DNA of 64,000 nt from a virus (IMGVR_UViG_2898597404_000001:1-64000); one strand, 5' to 3'; positions 47,438 through 58,598 are shown, numbered from the stretch's first letter. Numbers and translations are program-made. Notes: a model not told the origin generated them from the sequence alone.

Positions 47438-47754
47438 ACTACCTGGACGACCTGGAATCGGACTTCTCGGCGGTCCACCGGTGCGACGACATGTACGCGC
47501 TCCCCGCCGACCGGTTCTTCGCCTTCGCTGACCGACTGATCGCCTACAGAGGAGTGATCCGGATGCGCGCGGAAGAGGAGTCGCAGCGGCGGCAGCCCTC
47601 CGCGTCCACCGCCCGCAGCTCCGCCGCGCGCAGCTCCACCGCGCGCTCCGGCGGCGTCACCTACTACAGCGACATCGCGCAGAACCCCGACCTCGCCCAG
47701 TACTTCGGCCCCCGGCGCGACCAGCCCGCGCAGCCCCCCAAGGAAGGGGGCTGA
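47051..47754 (+). CDS. Tail assembly chaperone GT via -1 frameshift at 47359-47365
   Basis: G GGA AAG slippery site; -1 frame WVLNYLDDLESDFSAVHR...RLIAYRGV. Confidence 0.85.
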
Positions 47755-47755
47755 C

Positions 47756-50700
47756 ATGGCCTTCCGCATCGCTGAGGGCTTCGTAGAGGTCACCTCACGG
47801 TTCCGCGAGGGTGCAATCCGCAGAGGGGCCCAGCAGACCGGCAGAAGGGCAGGACAAGCCTTCTCCCGTACGTTCGGCCGCGAAGCCGACAACGGGTTCG
47901 GCCGCACCCGCCGCGCCATGGAAGGCGCCTTCCGGTCCGCCGACCGGGTCGGCCGCCGCGCAGGGTCCTCCTTCGGCTCCGGCTTCACCCGGGACGCCCA
48001 GACCTGGTTCCGCGCCACCGGCCGCCTCCTCCGCTCCCACGCGCAGCGCAGCGGCGGCGACTCCGGCCGCGCGTTCGGCCGCGCCTTCTCCCGGTCCGCC
48101 GAAGCGGGCCTCGCCCGCACCCGCCGCGTCCTGTCCCGCATCTTCCGCCGAGCCGGGCGCGAATCCGGGGAAGGGGCCGGACGGGAGTTCGGCGAGGGCT
48201 TCTTCCGCGACTCCCAGGGCCGCCTACGCGACTCCCGCGGCCGCTTCACCCGCATGTTCCACGGCTCCGGCCGCGAGTCCGGCGGCGGCTTCGTGTCCGG
48301 GTTCCTCGGCATGTTCCGGTCCCAGTCGACCGGGATCCTGTCGACCTTCGGCGGCCTGTTCACCAAGGTCGGGGCCAAGGGCTGGCTCATCGTCGCCGGG
48401 GTCATCGCCGCGCTCGCCGCCCTCCCCGCGATCGGCGCGGCGGCCGGGACCACCCTCGCCTTCGCGTTCGGCGCGGGCATCGCCGGGATCGGCATCGCCG
48501 CCGCCGCCCAGTCCGAACGGGTGCAGTCGGCGTTCACGCGCCTCAAGGACCGCGTCGGCTCCAAGCTCAAGGAGATCGCGAAGCCGTTCGAGGGCACCCT
48601 CGTCGCGATCGCCGGTCAGCTCTCCGGCCTCTTCGACTCCCTGGCCCCCCACCTCGGCAAGGCGTTCAAGCTCCTGGCCCCCGTGGTCGAGCTGTTCGCC
48701 GGGCGGTTCCTCTCCTCGCTGAAGGTCTTCGGGCCGGTCGTCGACACCGCCTCGCAGGCCTTCGCCGCCCTCCTCGACCCGCTCGGCCGCGACATCGGCC
48801 CCGCCATGGACGGGCTCGCCGACGCCTTCAACGGCCTGTTCACCACCGTCCGGGACACCCCCGAACTCCAGGGGTTCTTCTCCGGGATGATCACGGGCCT
48901 CATCGGCACCGTCGCGAACCTGGTCCGGTTCGTGACGTGGCTGGCCAAGGCGTACGTGTGGTTCGGCGACCTCAAGGACGCGGCCCTCTCCAGCCCGATC
49001 GCCGAGCGACTCCGCGGCATCGGGTCCGCGATCGGCGGCGTCGCCGACACCGCGCGCCGGAGCGGCCCCCGGCTCCGGTCCATGTTCGCCGGGGTCACAC
49101 CCGGATTCGACGGCATCGGCGCCAAGCTCCGCAGCCTCGGCGCGGCCATCACCGACCGGGTCTCCGACATCACCGGCAAGGTCCGCCGCCTCGTCGGCGC
49201 GATCGGCTCCACCTTCCGCGACTTCCGCGACAAGCACGCGAAGGAGTTCGAGCAGGCCGGCCAGAAGCTCCAGGAGGTCGGCCGCAAGATCGGTGAGGCC
49301 CTCGGGTCCGCCGTCGACCTGGTGACCGCCCTGGTCAACCGGATCGGCTCCGTCCTCGGCTTCGCCCTCGACCTGATCACCGGCGTCTGGGGCCGGTTCG
49401 GCGACGACATCATCAACACCGTCCAGACCGCGTTCAACACGGTCCTCGGGGTCCTCTCCGGCGCCCTCACCACGATCAAGGGCGTCATCGACGTCTTCGT
49501 CGGGATCCTCACCGGCGACTGGGGTCGCGCGTGGGACGGCGTCAAGGGGATCTTCTCCGGACTGTGGCAGGCGGTCCTCGCGATCCTCAAGGGTTCGCTC
49601 GGCCTCGCCGTCCAGGCCGTGAAGTCCGCGGTGTCGCTGATCATCTGGCCGTTCCAGTGGCTCTACGACAAGATCGTCGGGCACTCGATCATCCCGGACC
49701 TGGTGCTCGGCGTCCTCTCCTGGTTCCAGAAGCTCGCCGCCTGGGTGCTCGCCCCCGTCGCCGCGCTCCGCGACCGCACGGTCAACGCCTTCCAGCAGGC
49801 GAAGGCGTGGGTCCTCAACCACGTCAAGGCGCTCCGGGACGGCGCGGTCTCCCGGTTCACCAGCCTCCGCGACCGCGCCACCGCCCTCGCCACGAACGCA
49901 CGCGACTGGGTGACCTCGCGGATCAGCAGCCTCCGCGACCTTGTGACGTCCCGGATCACCTCCCTCCGGGACCGGGCGGTGTCCCGGTTCACCTCCCTCC
50001 GGGACACCGCCACCTCCCGCATCTCGAACCTCCGGGACTGGGTGGTGTCCCGCGCGAGCTCGCTCCGCGACAAGGTCGTCTCGGCCTTCAACTCGCTGAA
50101 GGACCGGACGATCTCGGCGTTCGACCGCGCCGCCTCCGGTGTCCGGACCGTGTTCTCGAAGCTCCGCTCGGCAGCGTCCAGCCCGGTCCGGTTCGTGATC
50201 GACGTGGTGTACAACCAGGGCATCCGGGGCGTCTGGAACAAGATCGCGGACAAGGTGCCGGGCATCGGCTCCATCGGCCCCATGCGCGTCCCCAAGGGCT
50301 TCGCCAAGGGCGGCATCACCGACGTCCGGGACGGCGCCGCCCTCCCCGGCTACTCCCCGCGCGACGACCAGCTCGTCTACGCCCGCTCCGGGGAAGGCGT
50401 CATCGTCCCCGAAGCCGTCCGCGCTCTCGGCGCCGGGTTCATCCACACCGCGAACCGCCTCGGCAGCCGCGCCAGCGAACTCCTCGGCCTCCCCGCCTTC
50501 CGCAAGGGCGGCACGGTCCCCGGCTACCGCGACGGCGGTGTGATCGGCGCGGTCAGCGGCTTCCTCGGCAAGGCCAAGGGCGCCTTCGCCGGAGGGTTCG
50601 TCAAGGCCCTCACCGCCGCCCTGAACCCCATGGTGCGCTCCATCACCAGCCGCTTCGGGAACCGCAACGACTTCCCCGGCATCCCCGGCAAGATGATGGC

Positions 50701-51514
50701 CCACCTCACCGGCAAGATCATCGGGTTCATGCGGCGGTTCGCCTCCCAGCTCGAAGGCGGCGACGGCAAGAAGGTCGTCGACATCGCGGAGAAGTACGTC
50801 GGCCTGTCCGGGAACCCCAACAAGTTCACCCGCCGCATGGGCATGAACGGCCTCCCCTGGTGCGGGATGTTCGTGGACGGAGTGTTCGACGAGGCCGGCG
50901 CATCCAAGGCCCTCCGGGGCGTGGGCGGCCCCGCCGCCGTCTGGTCCTACCGCGCCCTGCCCTCGGTCTCCCAGAGCCAGAAGAAGGCCGGAGACCTCGG
51001 CCTCTACCGAGGCGACGCCGGGCACATCAACATCTACACCGGCAAGGGCTCCATCACCATCGGCGGCAACGAGTCCAACAGCGTCCGCAAGCAGTCCGGC
51101 TACATCGGCACCGCCTCCTCCATCCGGCGCCCGCACTTCGCCGAAGGCGGCATCGTCGACTTCCTCTGGCAGGACGACCGCGAAAGCGATCTCTTCCACA
51201 CCCCGGACCGCACCCGCCACCTCCGCGCCATGGCCACCACCCCGCCATGGACCGGCACCCACGACATCGGCGGCCTCCTCCCGGACGGCGGCATCGCCGT
51301 CAACCAGTCCGGCACCGCCGAGGTCGTCCACACCCTCGACCAGCTCCGGGCCATCGTCGAGGCCGCCAAGGGCCAGCACATCACCTACGTGTTCGAGGCC
51401 GGGTCGATCGTCCTCGACGCCTCGACCATCAAGGACATCCGGGACCTCATCCGCATGATCGAGAACCTGCGGGCCACCGCCCGCCAGCACGGCGCGAAGG
51501 TGATCACACGATGA
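47756..51514 (+). CDS. Tape measure protein with C-terminal CHAP-like peptidase
   Basis: FRIAEGFVEV start, 11-aa periodic repeats, PWCGMFV...GHINI...IGGN. Confidence 0.92.
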   Translation: MAFRIAEGFVEVTSRFREGAIRRGAQQTGRRAGQAFSRTFGREADNGFGRTRRAMEGAFRSADRVGRRAGSSFGSGFTRDAQTWFRATGRLLRSHAQRSGGDSGRAFGRAFSRSAEAGLARTRRVLSRIFRRAGRESGEGAGREFGEGFFRDSQGRLRDSRGRFTRMFHGSGRESGGGFVSGFLGMFRSQSTGILSTFGGLFTKVGAKGWLIVAGVIAALAALPAIGAAAGTTLAFAFGAGIAGIGIAAAAQSERVQSAFTRLKDRVGSKLKEIAKPFEGTLVAIAGQLSGLFDSLAPHLGKAFKLLAPVVELFAGRFLSSLKVFGPVVDTASQAFAALLDPLGRDIGPAMDGLADAFNGLFTTVRDTPELQGFFSGMITGLIGTVANLVRFVTWLAKAYVWFGDLKDAALSSPIAERLRGIGSAIGGVADTARRSGPRLRSMFAGVTPGFDGIGAKLRSLGAAITDRVSDITGKVRRLVGAIGSTFRDFRDKHAKEFEQAGQKLQEVGRKIGEALGSAVDLVTALVNRIGSVLGFALDLITGVWGRFGDDIINTVQTAFNTVLGVLSGALTTIKGVIDVFVGILTGDWGRAWDGVKGIFSGLWQAVLAILKGSLGLAVQAVKSAVSLIIWPFQWLYDKIVGHSIIPDLVLGVLSWFQKLAAWVLAPVAALRDRTVNAFQQAKAWVLNHVKALRDGAVSRFTSLRDRATALATNARDWVTSRISSLRDLVTSRITSLRDRAVSRFTSLRDTATSRISNLRDWVVSRASSLRDKVVSAFNSLKDRTISAFDRAASGVRTVFSKLRSAASSPVRFVIDVVYNQGIRGVWNKIADKVPGIGSIGPMRVPKGFAKGGITDVRDGAALPGYSPRDDQLVYARSGEGVIVPEAVRALGAGFIHTANRLGSRASELLGLPAFRKGGTVPGYRDGGVIGAVSGFLGKAKGAFAGGFVKALTAALNPMVRSITSRFGNRNDFPGIPGKMMAHLTGKIIGFMRRFASQLEGGDGKKVVDIAEKYVGLSGNPNKFTRRMGMNGLPWCGMFVDGVFDEAGASKALRGVGGPAAVWSYRALPSVSQSQKKAGDLGLYRGDAGHINIYTGKGSITIGGNESNSVRKQSGYIGTASSIRRPHFAEGGIVDFLWQDDRESDLFHTPDRTRHLRAMATTPPWTGTHDIGGLLPDGGIAVNQSGTAEVVHTLDQLRAIVEAAKGQHITYVFEAGSIVLDASTIKDIRDLIRMIENLRATARQHGAKVITR

Positions 51515-51963
51515 CCACCCCCGACACCCCGCCCGCCACCGAGGACGCCGCCCAGGACGCCACCGAGCGGCTCCAGGCGGCCGCGGACGCACTCCCCGAC
51601 ACCGCCACCGACGAGGACCTCCGCCAGACGCTCGCCGCCGAGAAGGCCCGCATCGCCGCCGACGCCTGGAGCACCCACCCCGGCCGCAACGAGTACGGTC
51701 ACCTCTCCATCACCCTCCCCGGCGGACGCGACATCACCATCGGCCACGTCGAAGCCGTCCAGCCCAGCGACGGCATCGCCTACATCGACGTCTGGACCGG
51801 CCCCCCGGCGGGCCCCCCGCAGTACCGCATCGTGAACCCGCCCCTGCTCGTCCCCGACCCCCACGGCGACATCACGATCACCGAAGCCAGAGGCCGGACC
51901 CGCCGCTACCGGTCGGACCCCATGGCCGCCATCGCCGACGCCATCACCGGGGGCGCCCGATGA
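51511..51963 (+). CDS. Hypothetical tail-region protein
   Basis: ATGA overlaps; IVNPPLLVPDP.GDI. Confidence 0.7.
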   Translation: MTTPDTPPATEDAAQDATERLQAAADALPDTATDEDLRQTLAAEKARIAADAWSTHPGRNEYGHLSITLPGGRDITIGHVEAVQPSDGIAYIDVWTGPPAGPPQYRIVNPPLLVPDPHGDITITEARGRTRRYRSDPMAAIADAITGGAR

Positions 51964-54659
51964 CCACCGTCATCCTCATCGCGGACGCCACGGACGGCAC
52001 GATCAGCTCCCGCGACAACCACTACGTGGACCTCGTCGCCGGGTCCGGCCTCCAAGCCGTCACCGACCAGCCCACCGGCCAGATCGGCCAGGACCTGATC
52101 CAGCCGTACTTCTACGCCTACCAGACCGGCCTCGCCTTCACCCCCGCCGCCAGCACCGACACCACCGTCACCGCCGCTTACCTCCGCCTCTACCAGGCGG
52201 CGGTCGGCGGGACCGGCGTCGCCCGCAGCATCGAGATCGCCGAATACGACTGGGGCGGCGTCCTCGACACCGGCAACTGGAGGACCCCCGCACAACTGAA
52301 AAGCCTCGTCAACGGCGACGCCCTCGCCGCCGTCATCGACTCCGCCCACCTCGCCGGCATCGGGCAGCTCCGCGCCGGCCTCGAACCCGGCCACCTCCCC
52401 GACGCCACCTCGGCCACCACGCGCCGCTACATCCTCTACACCAGCCGGTTCCGCACCCAGCAGGTCCCGTCAGGCCCCGAGCTGCACACCGTCCGCCTGA
52501 CCGAGTTCTCCGGCACCAGCCAGGACCCCGCCCTCCTCCTGGCCCACACCACCAAGCACATCACCGACACCAACCACGGCGGCCACGTCCAGCTCTCCGA
52601 CGGAACCCACGCCTACCTCCGCCAAGGCGCCACCGCCCCCGCCACCGCCAGCATCGCCGTCGTCCACCACAACGGCACCACCGCCACCACCGTGTTCAGC
52701 GACCCGCTCTCAGCGGGCCGCCAAGGCGCCCAGATCTACACCCTCTGCGCTGACGGCTCGGACAACCTCTACATCCTCAACGGCAACAACGACCTCCCCA
52801 ACATCCTCCGCGTCCGGGGCTTCACGAAGGGGGCAGGTCACAACTGGACCGCAGGCCCCGTCCGAGACATCCCCCTGGCCACCTACGAGGGCGAGGTCAA
52901 CAACGTCGCCGCCGCCTGGCACACCTCCGGCTCCGGCGGCACGATCCTCGCCGTCGTCGCCCACAACGCGGGCCGCAACACCGGCACCCAGACCGGCTAC
53001 GCCCTCATCAACCCGGTCTGGGTCCGCACCGGCTCCGGGACCGCACTCCGCGGCTCCGGCAACGCCGAAGGCGTCCTCATCGACAACCCCGCCCCGGACG
53101 GCGGCATCCACAACTACGTCAACGAGACCGGCACGCTCCTCGATGTCGCCGCCGCCCCCTCCTCCAGCCGCGGCTACATCACCTGCACCACGAAACAGCA
53201 GGTCCTCGGCGACCCCGGAGCCCAGTCGTTCGCCCGCTACGAACTCAACGCCTCCGGGACCGGGTTCGCCTCGGTCGCCCGCCTCCGCGACACCTCCGGC
53301 GCCTTCTCCACCAAGGACGCCGACGCCAAGTCCCGCGTCATCGGCATCGACGACTCCCGCTTCGTCACCGTCAACGCCGACGCCACGAGCGGCCGCGGCA
53401 TCACCGTCGTCCACCGGCAGAGCCTCGGCTCCGGCTCCATCACCGAACTGGCCCGGGTCACCCTCGGCACCGAGAGCCTCACCGCCATGCCCGACCCCTC
53501 CGTGCTCGCCACCAGCCCCGCCTGGGACGCCGTCTACAACCCCGTCGACAACCGGGTCTGGATCTACTACATCGACGCCGCGAACCCGAACCGCCTCATG
53601 CGGACCCCGGTCTCCCTCACCACCGGGCAGGCCGGCCGCAGCGAGGTCCAGGTGAACGCCGCCGTCGGCGCGGCAGGGTCCACCAACCGCGCCGTCCGCG
53701 TCCACCGGGGCAGGACCGCCGGAAGCCAGGTCGTCATCGGCGTCTCCAACCGGACGTCCGGCGGCGCCCACTCCCTCATCGCCGTCACGGACCGCCTGAA
53801 CGCCCTGCCCACCCAGCCCATCCCGACCCCGAGGGCGAACTTCGATGCCACCGCCCCCACCCCGTTCGAATGGATGTTCACCGACCCGGACCCCGCCGAC
53901 GCGCAGTCCGCCTTCCAGGTCGAGATCTACGACACCGCCACCGGGGCCCTCGCCCACGACTCCACGAAGACCACCAGCGCCACGCAGTCCTACACGCTGC
54001 CCGCCTCCACCCTCGCGAACGGCGGCACGTACCGGTGGCGGGTCCGCACCTGGGACGGCCAGGACGAGGAATCGCCCTGGACCGGCTACGGCACGTTCGC
54101 CACGTCCGCCTCCGGGTCGGTCACCATCACCGCGCCGGCCACCGACAACGACCCGGCCGTCATCACCTCCGACGTCCTCGTCACCTGGACGGTCACCGGC
54201 ACCACCCAGGCCGCCTACCAGGTCGTCGTGCGCCGCACCGACACCCTCGCGGTCCTCCTCGACACCGGCTGGGTCGACTCCACCGCCACCAGCCACCTCG
54301 TGACCGGCATGGCCGCCGGGACCGAGTACCTGGTGCGGGTCACCGTCCGGAACGCTGCCCAGGTCGCCTCCAACACCGCCGAGCGCCTGATCACCCCGAA
54401 CTACGCCTCCCCCGAGGTCCCCACGGTCGCCGTCGAGGCCTTCGACGACGGCGGCTACATCCTCGTCACCGTCACGAACCCCGCCCCGCAGGGCGACCGC
54501 CCCAACCCCTCCAGCAACCAGATCTTCCGCCGCCGCGCAGGCTCCGGCACCGAGTGGCTGCTGATCGCCGAGGTCGAGCCCGGCGCCACCTTCCGCGACT
54601 ACACCGCCCCCTCCGGGACCGAGGTCGAGTACATGGCACGCGCCGGAGTCCTCGCATGA
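51960..54659 (+). CDS. Minor tail protein with FN3/Ig-like domains
   Basis: DPDPADAQSAFQVEI, YRWRVRTWD. Confidence 0.8.
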   Translation: MTTVILIADATDGTISSRDNHYVDLVAGSGLQAVTDQPTGQIGQDLIQPYFYAYQTGLAFTPAASTDTTVTAAYLRLYQAAVGGTGVARSIEIAEYDWGGVLDTGNWRTPAQLKSLVNGDALAAVIDSAHLAGIGQLRAGLEPGHLPDATSATTRRYILYTSRFRTQQVPSGPELHTVRLTEFSGTSQDPALLLAHTTKHITDTNHGGHVQLSDGTHAYLRQGATAPATASIAVVHHNGTTATTVFSDPLSAGRQGAQIYTLCADGSDNLYILNGNNDLPNILRVRGFTKGAGHNWTAGPVRDIPLATYEGEVNNVAAAWHTSGSGGTILAVVAHNAGRNTGTQTGYALINPVWVRTGSGTALRGSGNAEGVLIDNPAPDGGIHNYVNETGTLLDVAAAPSSSRGYITCTTKQQVLGDPGAQSFARYELNASGTGFASVARLRDTSGAFSTKDADAKSRVIGIDDSRFVTVNADATSGRGITVVHRQSLGSGSITELARVTLGTESLTAMPDPSVLATSPAWDAVYNPVDNRVWIYYIDAANPNRLMRTPVSLTTGQAGRSEVQVNAAVGAAGSTNRAVRVHRGRTAGSQVVIGVSNRTSGGAHSLIAVTDRLNALPTQPIPTPRANFDATAPTPFEWMFTDPDPADAQSAFQVEIYDTATGALAHDSTKTTSATQSYTLPASTLANGGTYRWRVRTWDGQDEESPWTGYGTFATSASGSVTITAPATDNDPAVITSDVLVTWTVTGTTQAAYQVVVRRTDTLAVLLDTGWVDSTATSHLVTGMAAGTEYLVRVTVRNAAQVASNTAERLITPNYASPEVPTVAVEAFDDGGYILVTVTNPAPQGDRPNPSSNQIFRRRAGSGTEWLLIAEVEPGATFRDYTAPSGTEVEYMARAGVLA

Positions 54660-55108
54660 CCACCACCTACAGCACGTACGCGTTCTTCAGCGACTCCAGC
54701 CCCGCCGCGGCGACCCTCGCCCTGGAAGGCGTCTGGATCCACGACCCCACCGACGCCGCCGGCAGCGTCGCCCAGTTCCGCTTCGGCAAGGACGCCCGCA
54801 GCACGAAGATCGACACAGGGGGGACGGCCATGGTGTTCGCGGGCCGCCGCTACCCGGTCATCGACTACGGCGAGCACCAGGACGACCAGTACGCGGTCAG
54901 CGTCCAGGTCCCGCACGGCCCCGACTACCGGACCGGCCTGGAGACCCTCCGCGCCTTCGCCGAGTCCCGGACCACCCTCGTCTACCGCGACAACCGGGGC
55001 CGAGACGCCTACGGTGTGATCACCGAGTACGCCGAAGGGGACCAGTCCTGGGGGAGCGAGGTCACCTTCTCGTTCACCCGCGTCGACGTCGAGCAGGTGA
55101 CCGCCTGA
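54656..55108 (+). CDS. Distal-tail-like protein
   Basis: FAGRRYPV, LVYRDNRGR. Confidence 0.65.
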   Translation: MTTTYSTYAFFSDSSPAAATLALEGVWIHDPTDAAGSVAQFRFGKDARSTKIDTGGTAMVFAGRRYPVIDYGEHQDDQYAVSVQVPHGPDYRTGLETLRAFAESRTTLVYRDNRGRDAYGVITEYAEGDQSWGSEVTFSFTRVDVEQVTA

Positions 55109-57579
55109 TGCAGTCCCTCGACATCCCCAAGGGCCCCGCGAACACCGGCGGCTACACCGCCGAGCAGGTGCTCCGCGCCCTCCGGGGCGTCGACGGCTCC
55201 CGCCTCCTCACCTTCCGCTACGAACTCCTCGACTCCACCAACACCAAGATCGGCGACCTGGACAACGTCCTGGACTGCACGATCTCCCAGAACTGGCTCG
55301 CCGACATCAAGCGGACCGCGAAGTTCACCCTCCGCGCGGACGGCCAGATCGACTTCCTCTCCCAGCGGATCAAACCCTGGGTCCGGCTCGCCATGCCCCC
55401 GACCGAGGTACCCCTGCCGTTCACGATCCGGCCCGCCTGGACGAACCGGTTCAACGGCACCCCCGGCGCCGAGATCACCACCGCGAACTCCGGCGGCAGC
55501 GGCGACAACCTCGCCAGCGTCACCGGCACCGTCACCTACGACAGCGCCTGGTCCACGGACGGCCAGCAGTCCGCGCTCCTCGGCGGCACCGACACGAACG
55601 GCGACCCGGTCGAGGGCGCCTTCACCCTCACCGTCGCACCCGCCCGGTCCGAGTGGGCGCTCCGCACCTACCTGAACGTCCCGTCCGGGGCGCGGCTGAC
55701 GATCGCCCCGGACGGCCTCACCCCCGACCCCGCGACCCACATCGTGATCGACGACGTGGGCGGCGAGTACCGGCTCGGCGCAGTGGACATCGCCGCCCAC
55801 CAGACCCACGTGATCGGCCAGCCGGTCCGCCTGGAGATCGAGAACGACGGCACCACCGCCGCCTACCGGCTGTACTGGGCCAACCCCTACGGCGACACCC
55901 CGGACTTCACCGGGTCGGAGCCCAGCACGGGGCGGGAACCGGTGGAGACCGTCACGGTCACCGGCACCGGCACCGGCTCCACCCCGCCCGAGACCGGCCA
56001 CGTGGCCAGGCTAGGCGCCAGCACCGTGGAAACCTCCTCCACCACGGGGAGCATCACGGTCGGCTCCGCCGTCCCGGCCGGGGAGACCGTGATCGGCGCG
56101 GTCGCCTGGACCAACGACGTCACCAGCCCGCCCACCGTCACCGCCGCCACCGACAGCCGCGGCAACTCCTACACGGTCGACGTGGCGGCCGGCACCGGGA
56201 ACACCACCGTCTCCGAGGCCATCCTCCGGGGCACCATCGTCACCCCGTTGCAGGCGGGCGACACCATCACCGTCACGATCTCGGCGGCCCGGATCCGCTG
56301 GTGCCTCACCTTCGACCACTTCAGCCACCAGCTCGACGCCGCCGACCCCCTCGACCAGACCGCCGCCAACCACAACCCCGGCTCGGCCACCGCCCTGACC
56401 ACCGGCACCACCCCCGCCACGAGCCAGCCCGACGAGCTGCTCTACGCCGCCTTCGGCTTCGGCGTCGGCAGGACCATCGGCATCCCCGCAGGGTGGACCG
56501 GCGGGCCCGTCGTCGAGACCGCGCAGGCCTCCGCGAACCGCGCCCTCCAGGCCATCCACCGCACCGTCTCGGCGACCGGCGCGCAGCAGGGCACCCTGAC
56601 CATCGACCCCGCCGGGGTCTACTCGGCCTGCATCGCCACCTACGCCATCGCCGCCCCGCCCGCCGTCCCCGTCCAGCCGCCCGCCGTCGACAGCCTGACC
56701 ATCGGCGACCGGGGCCCCAAGACCGAGGTGATCACCGGGGGTTACGTGGAGTGGCCGCAGGGCGTGTTCCTGCTCTCCACCCCCAGCCGCTCGGTAGACG
56801 CCTCCGACGTCGTCACTCGCGCCGTCGACGGCTACGACCAGTTGCAGATCTTCATCGACGACGTCGTCCCGGACCGCTACACCGCCGCCGCCGGGGCCGC
56901 CTACACCACGGTGGTGTCGAGCCTGCTCGGCTCGGTCGCCAAACAGGTCACGCCGTCGTCGGCGGTGCTCCCGGTCGCCAAGGAATGGGAGCCCGGCACC
57001 ACCAAGCTCGCGATCATCAACGAGCTGCTGTCCGCGATCAACTACGACTCCCTGTCGTTCGACGAGGACGGGGTCGCCCTCGTGCGGCCGTACGTGTCCC
57101 CCCAGGACCGGCCCGCCGAGTACACCTACGCCGACGACGCGGTCTCGGTCATGAACCCGGAGGTGGAGCAGGAGCTCGACCTGTTCTCGGTGCCGAACCG
57201 GTGGGTCCTCGTGGTCTCCGACCCGGACAGGGCCGCCCTGTCCGCCGTCTACACGAACTCGGACCCGGCGTCGCCGACGTCCACGGTCCGGCGGCAGCGG
57301 GTCATCACCGACTTCCGCCAGGAGGAGGACGCCGCCGACCAGGCGACCCTGGCCGCCCGCGCGGCGCGGCTCGCGTTCGAGGCGTCCCAGGTGTTCGAGA
57401 CGATCAGCTTCACCACGGCGCTCATGCCGGTCCACTCCGGCAACGACGTCTACAAGATCCTGTACGGGCCGCTGGCCGTGAACGCCAAGTACGCCGAGCA
57501 CACGTGGGAGATGGAACTCAAGGCCGGCACCCAGATGCGGCACCAGGCCCGCCGCGTCGTGAGCATCTCCAACCCGTAG
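55108..57579 (+). CDS. Minor tail/hub protein with large inserted beta-rich domain
   Basis: IKRTAKF..IKPWV, insert, then WPQGVFLLSTP..VPNRWV. Confidence 0.75.
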   Translation: MQSLDIPKGPANTGGYTAEQVLRALRGVDGSRLLTFRYELLDSTNTKIGDLDNVLDCTISQNWLADIKRTAKFTLRADGQIDFLSQRIKPWVRLAMPPTEVPLPFTIRPAWTNRFNGTPGAEITTANSGGSGDNLASVTGTVTYDSAWSTDGQQSALLGGTDTNGDPVEGAFTLTVAPARSEWALRTYLNVPSGARLTIAPDGLTPDPATHIVIDDVGGEYRLGAVDIAAHQTHVIGQPVRLEIENDGTTAAYRLYWANPYGDTPDFTGSEPSTGREPVETVTVTGTGTGSTPPETGHVARLGASTVETSSTTGSITVGSAVPAGETVIGAVAWTNDVTSPPTVTAATDSRGNSYTVDVAAGTGNTTVSEAILRGTIVTPLQAGDTITVTISAARIRWCLTFDHFSHQLDAADPLDQTAANHNPGSATALTTGTTPATSQPDELLYAAFGFGVGRTIGIPAGWTGGPVVETAQASANRALQAIHRTVSATGAQQGTLTIDPAGVYSACIATYAIAAPPAVPVQPPAVDSLTIGDRGPKTEVITGGYVEWPQGVFLLSTPSRSVDASDVVTRAVDGYDQLQIFIDDVVPDRYTAAAGAAYTTVVSSLLGSVAKQVTPSSAVLPVAKEWEPGTTKLAIINELLSAINYDSLSFDEDGVALVRPYVSPQDRPAEYTYADDAVSVMNPEVEQELDLFSVPNRWVLVVSDPDRAALSAVYTNSDPASPTSTVRRQRVITDFRQEEDAADQATLAARAARLAFEASQVFETISFTTALMPVHSGNDVYKILYGPLAVNAKYAEHTWEMELKAGTQMRHQARRVVSISNP

Positions 57580-57592
57580 AAGGGGCCCCCGG

Positions 57593-58228
57593 ATGGACGC
57601 GCTCTCGTTCCTCGCGGACGTCACCGGCTACGCGCAGGCGCAGGCGGAACCGTCCTCGGCGAACCGGCCGGTCAAGCTCGCCACCGTCGACCCCGCCTAC
57701 GACCCGGCCAGCTACGCCACCGGCACCCTCCCCCGCGTGACGTTCGACGGCGAGGCCACCATGTCCGGGAAGCTGTACCCGGTCATGGCGCCCTACCAGC
57801 CGCGCCCGGCGGACCGGGTCGTCCTGGTCCCGGTCGGCAACACCTACCTGATCATCGGCGCGATCAGGACGGGCTCCAGCATGGGTCTGGTCCAGGACTG
57901 GACCGCCCCCACCCTCGCAGCCGGATACACCCACAACGCCAACGAGAACGGCACCCTGCAATTCCGGGTGCTCGACTCCTACGGGACCAGGATGGTCGAG
58001 TGGCGCGGCGCGGTGAACCGGGGCTCCGGGAGCGTGATCACCACCGTCCCCGCCATAGCGCGCCCCAGTGTCCGCCGCACGGTCCTCGCCCCGAGGAACG
58101 CGGCCATCACCAACGACGTGAAGATCGACTTCAACACGGACGGCACCGCGGCCGTGTTCGGCGAGACCACCGACAGCGCGCCTCTCCCCACCTGGATCGC
58201 GCTCAACGGGGTCAGCTACTTCCTGTAG
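57593..58228 (+). CDS. Minor tail protein
   Basis: PRVTFDGE..Y.P..ADRVVL.PVG.TY.I.G plus fibre-like C-terminus. Confidence 0.75.
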   Translation: MDALSFLADVTGYAQAQAEPSSANRPVKLATVDPAYDPASYATGTLPRVTFDGEATMSGKLYPVMAPYQPRPADRVVLVPVGNTYLIIGAIRTGSSMGLVQDWTAPTLAAGYTHNANENGTLQFRVLDSYGTRMVEWRGAVNRGSGSVITTVPAIARPSVRRTVLAPRNAAITNDVKIDFNTDGTAAVFGETTDSAPLPTWIALNGVSYFL

Positions 58229-58320
58229 CGGCGGCTTCGGGCAACACGCCGCAGCCTCACCGGCACCCGCCCGGGAGATCAGGCACACTGGCCACGGGTT
58301 TCCCGACGTCAGGGGGCGCA

Positions 58321-58554
58321 ATGGGCAAGACCAAGGCGGAACTCGAAGCCGAGGTAGAGGACCTGACCGGACAGCTCGGCCGGGCACGCGACGAGGCCGA
58401 CAAGGCGCGCAAGGCCGCCGAGGAGGCGGACACGGACGCCGCCTACCGCCGGGGCAGGGCGGACGCCGCGAACGAGGCGGCCGAAGAGGTCGCCCGGCTG
58501 ACCGGCCGCACCGGGGGCGTCCTGACCCGCGCGATCAAGGCCAAAGGCGAGTAA
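58321..58554 (+). CDS. Small coiled-coil protein
   Basis: MGKTKAELEAEVEDL. Confidence 0.6.
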   Translation: MGKTKAELEAEVEDLTGQLGRARDEADKARKAAEEADTDAAYRRGRADAANEAAEEVARLTGRTGGVLTRAIKAKGE

Positions 58555-58598
58555 AGCCCGCCCCGGCGCACACCCCCCGACCGGAGGACCGGCAGCGA

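Noticed and set aside
49750-50170. 33-nt periodic repeats
   Set aside because: Ordinary 11-residue tape-measure repeats
10628-57624. Long antisense or alternative-frame ORFs (e.g. 10628-12991, 12541-14901, 39433-41799, 48224-51592)
   Set aside because: Shadow ORFs of high-GC coding strands with Arg/Pro/Gly-rich, motif-free translations
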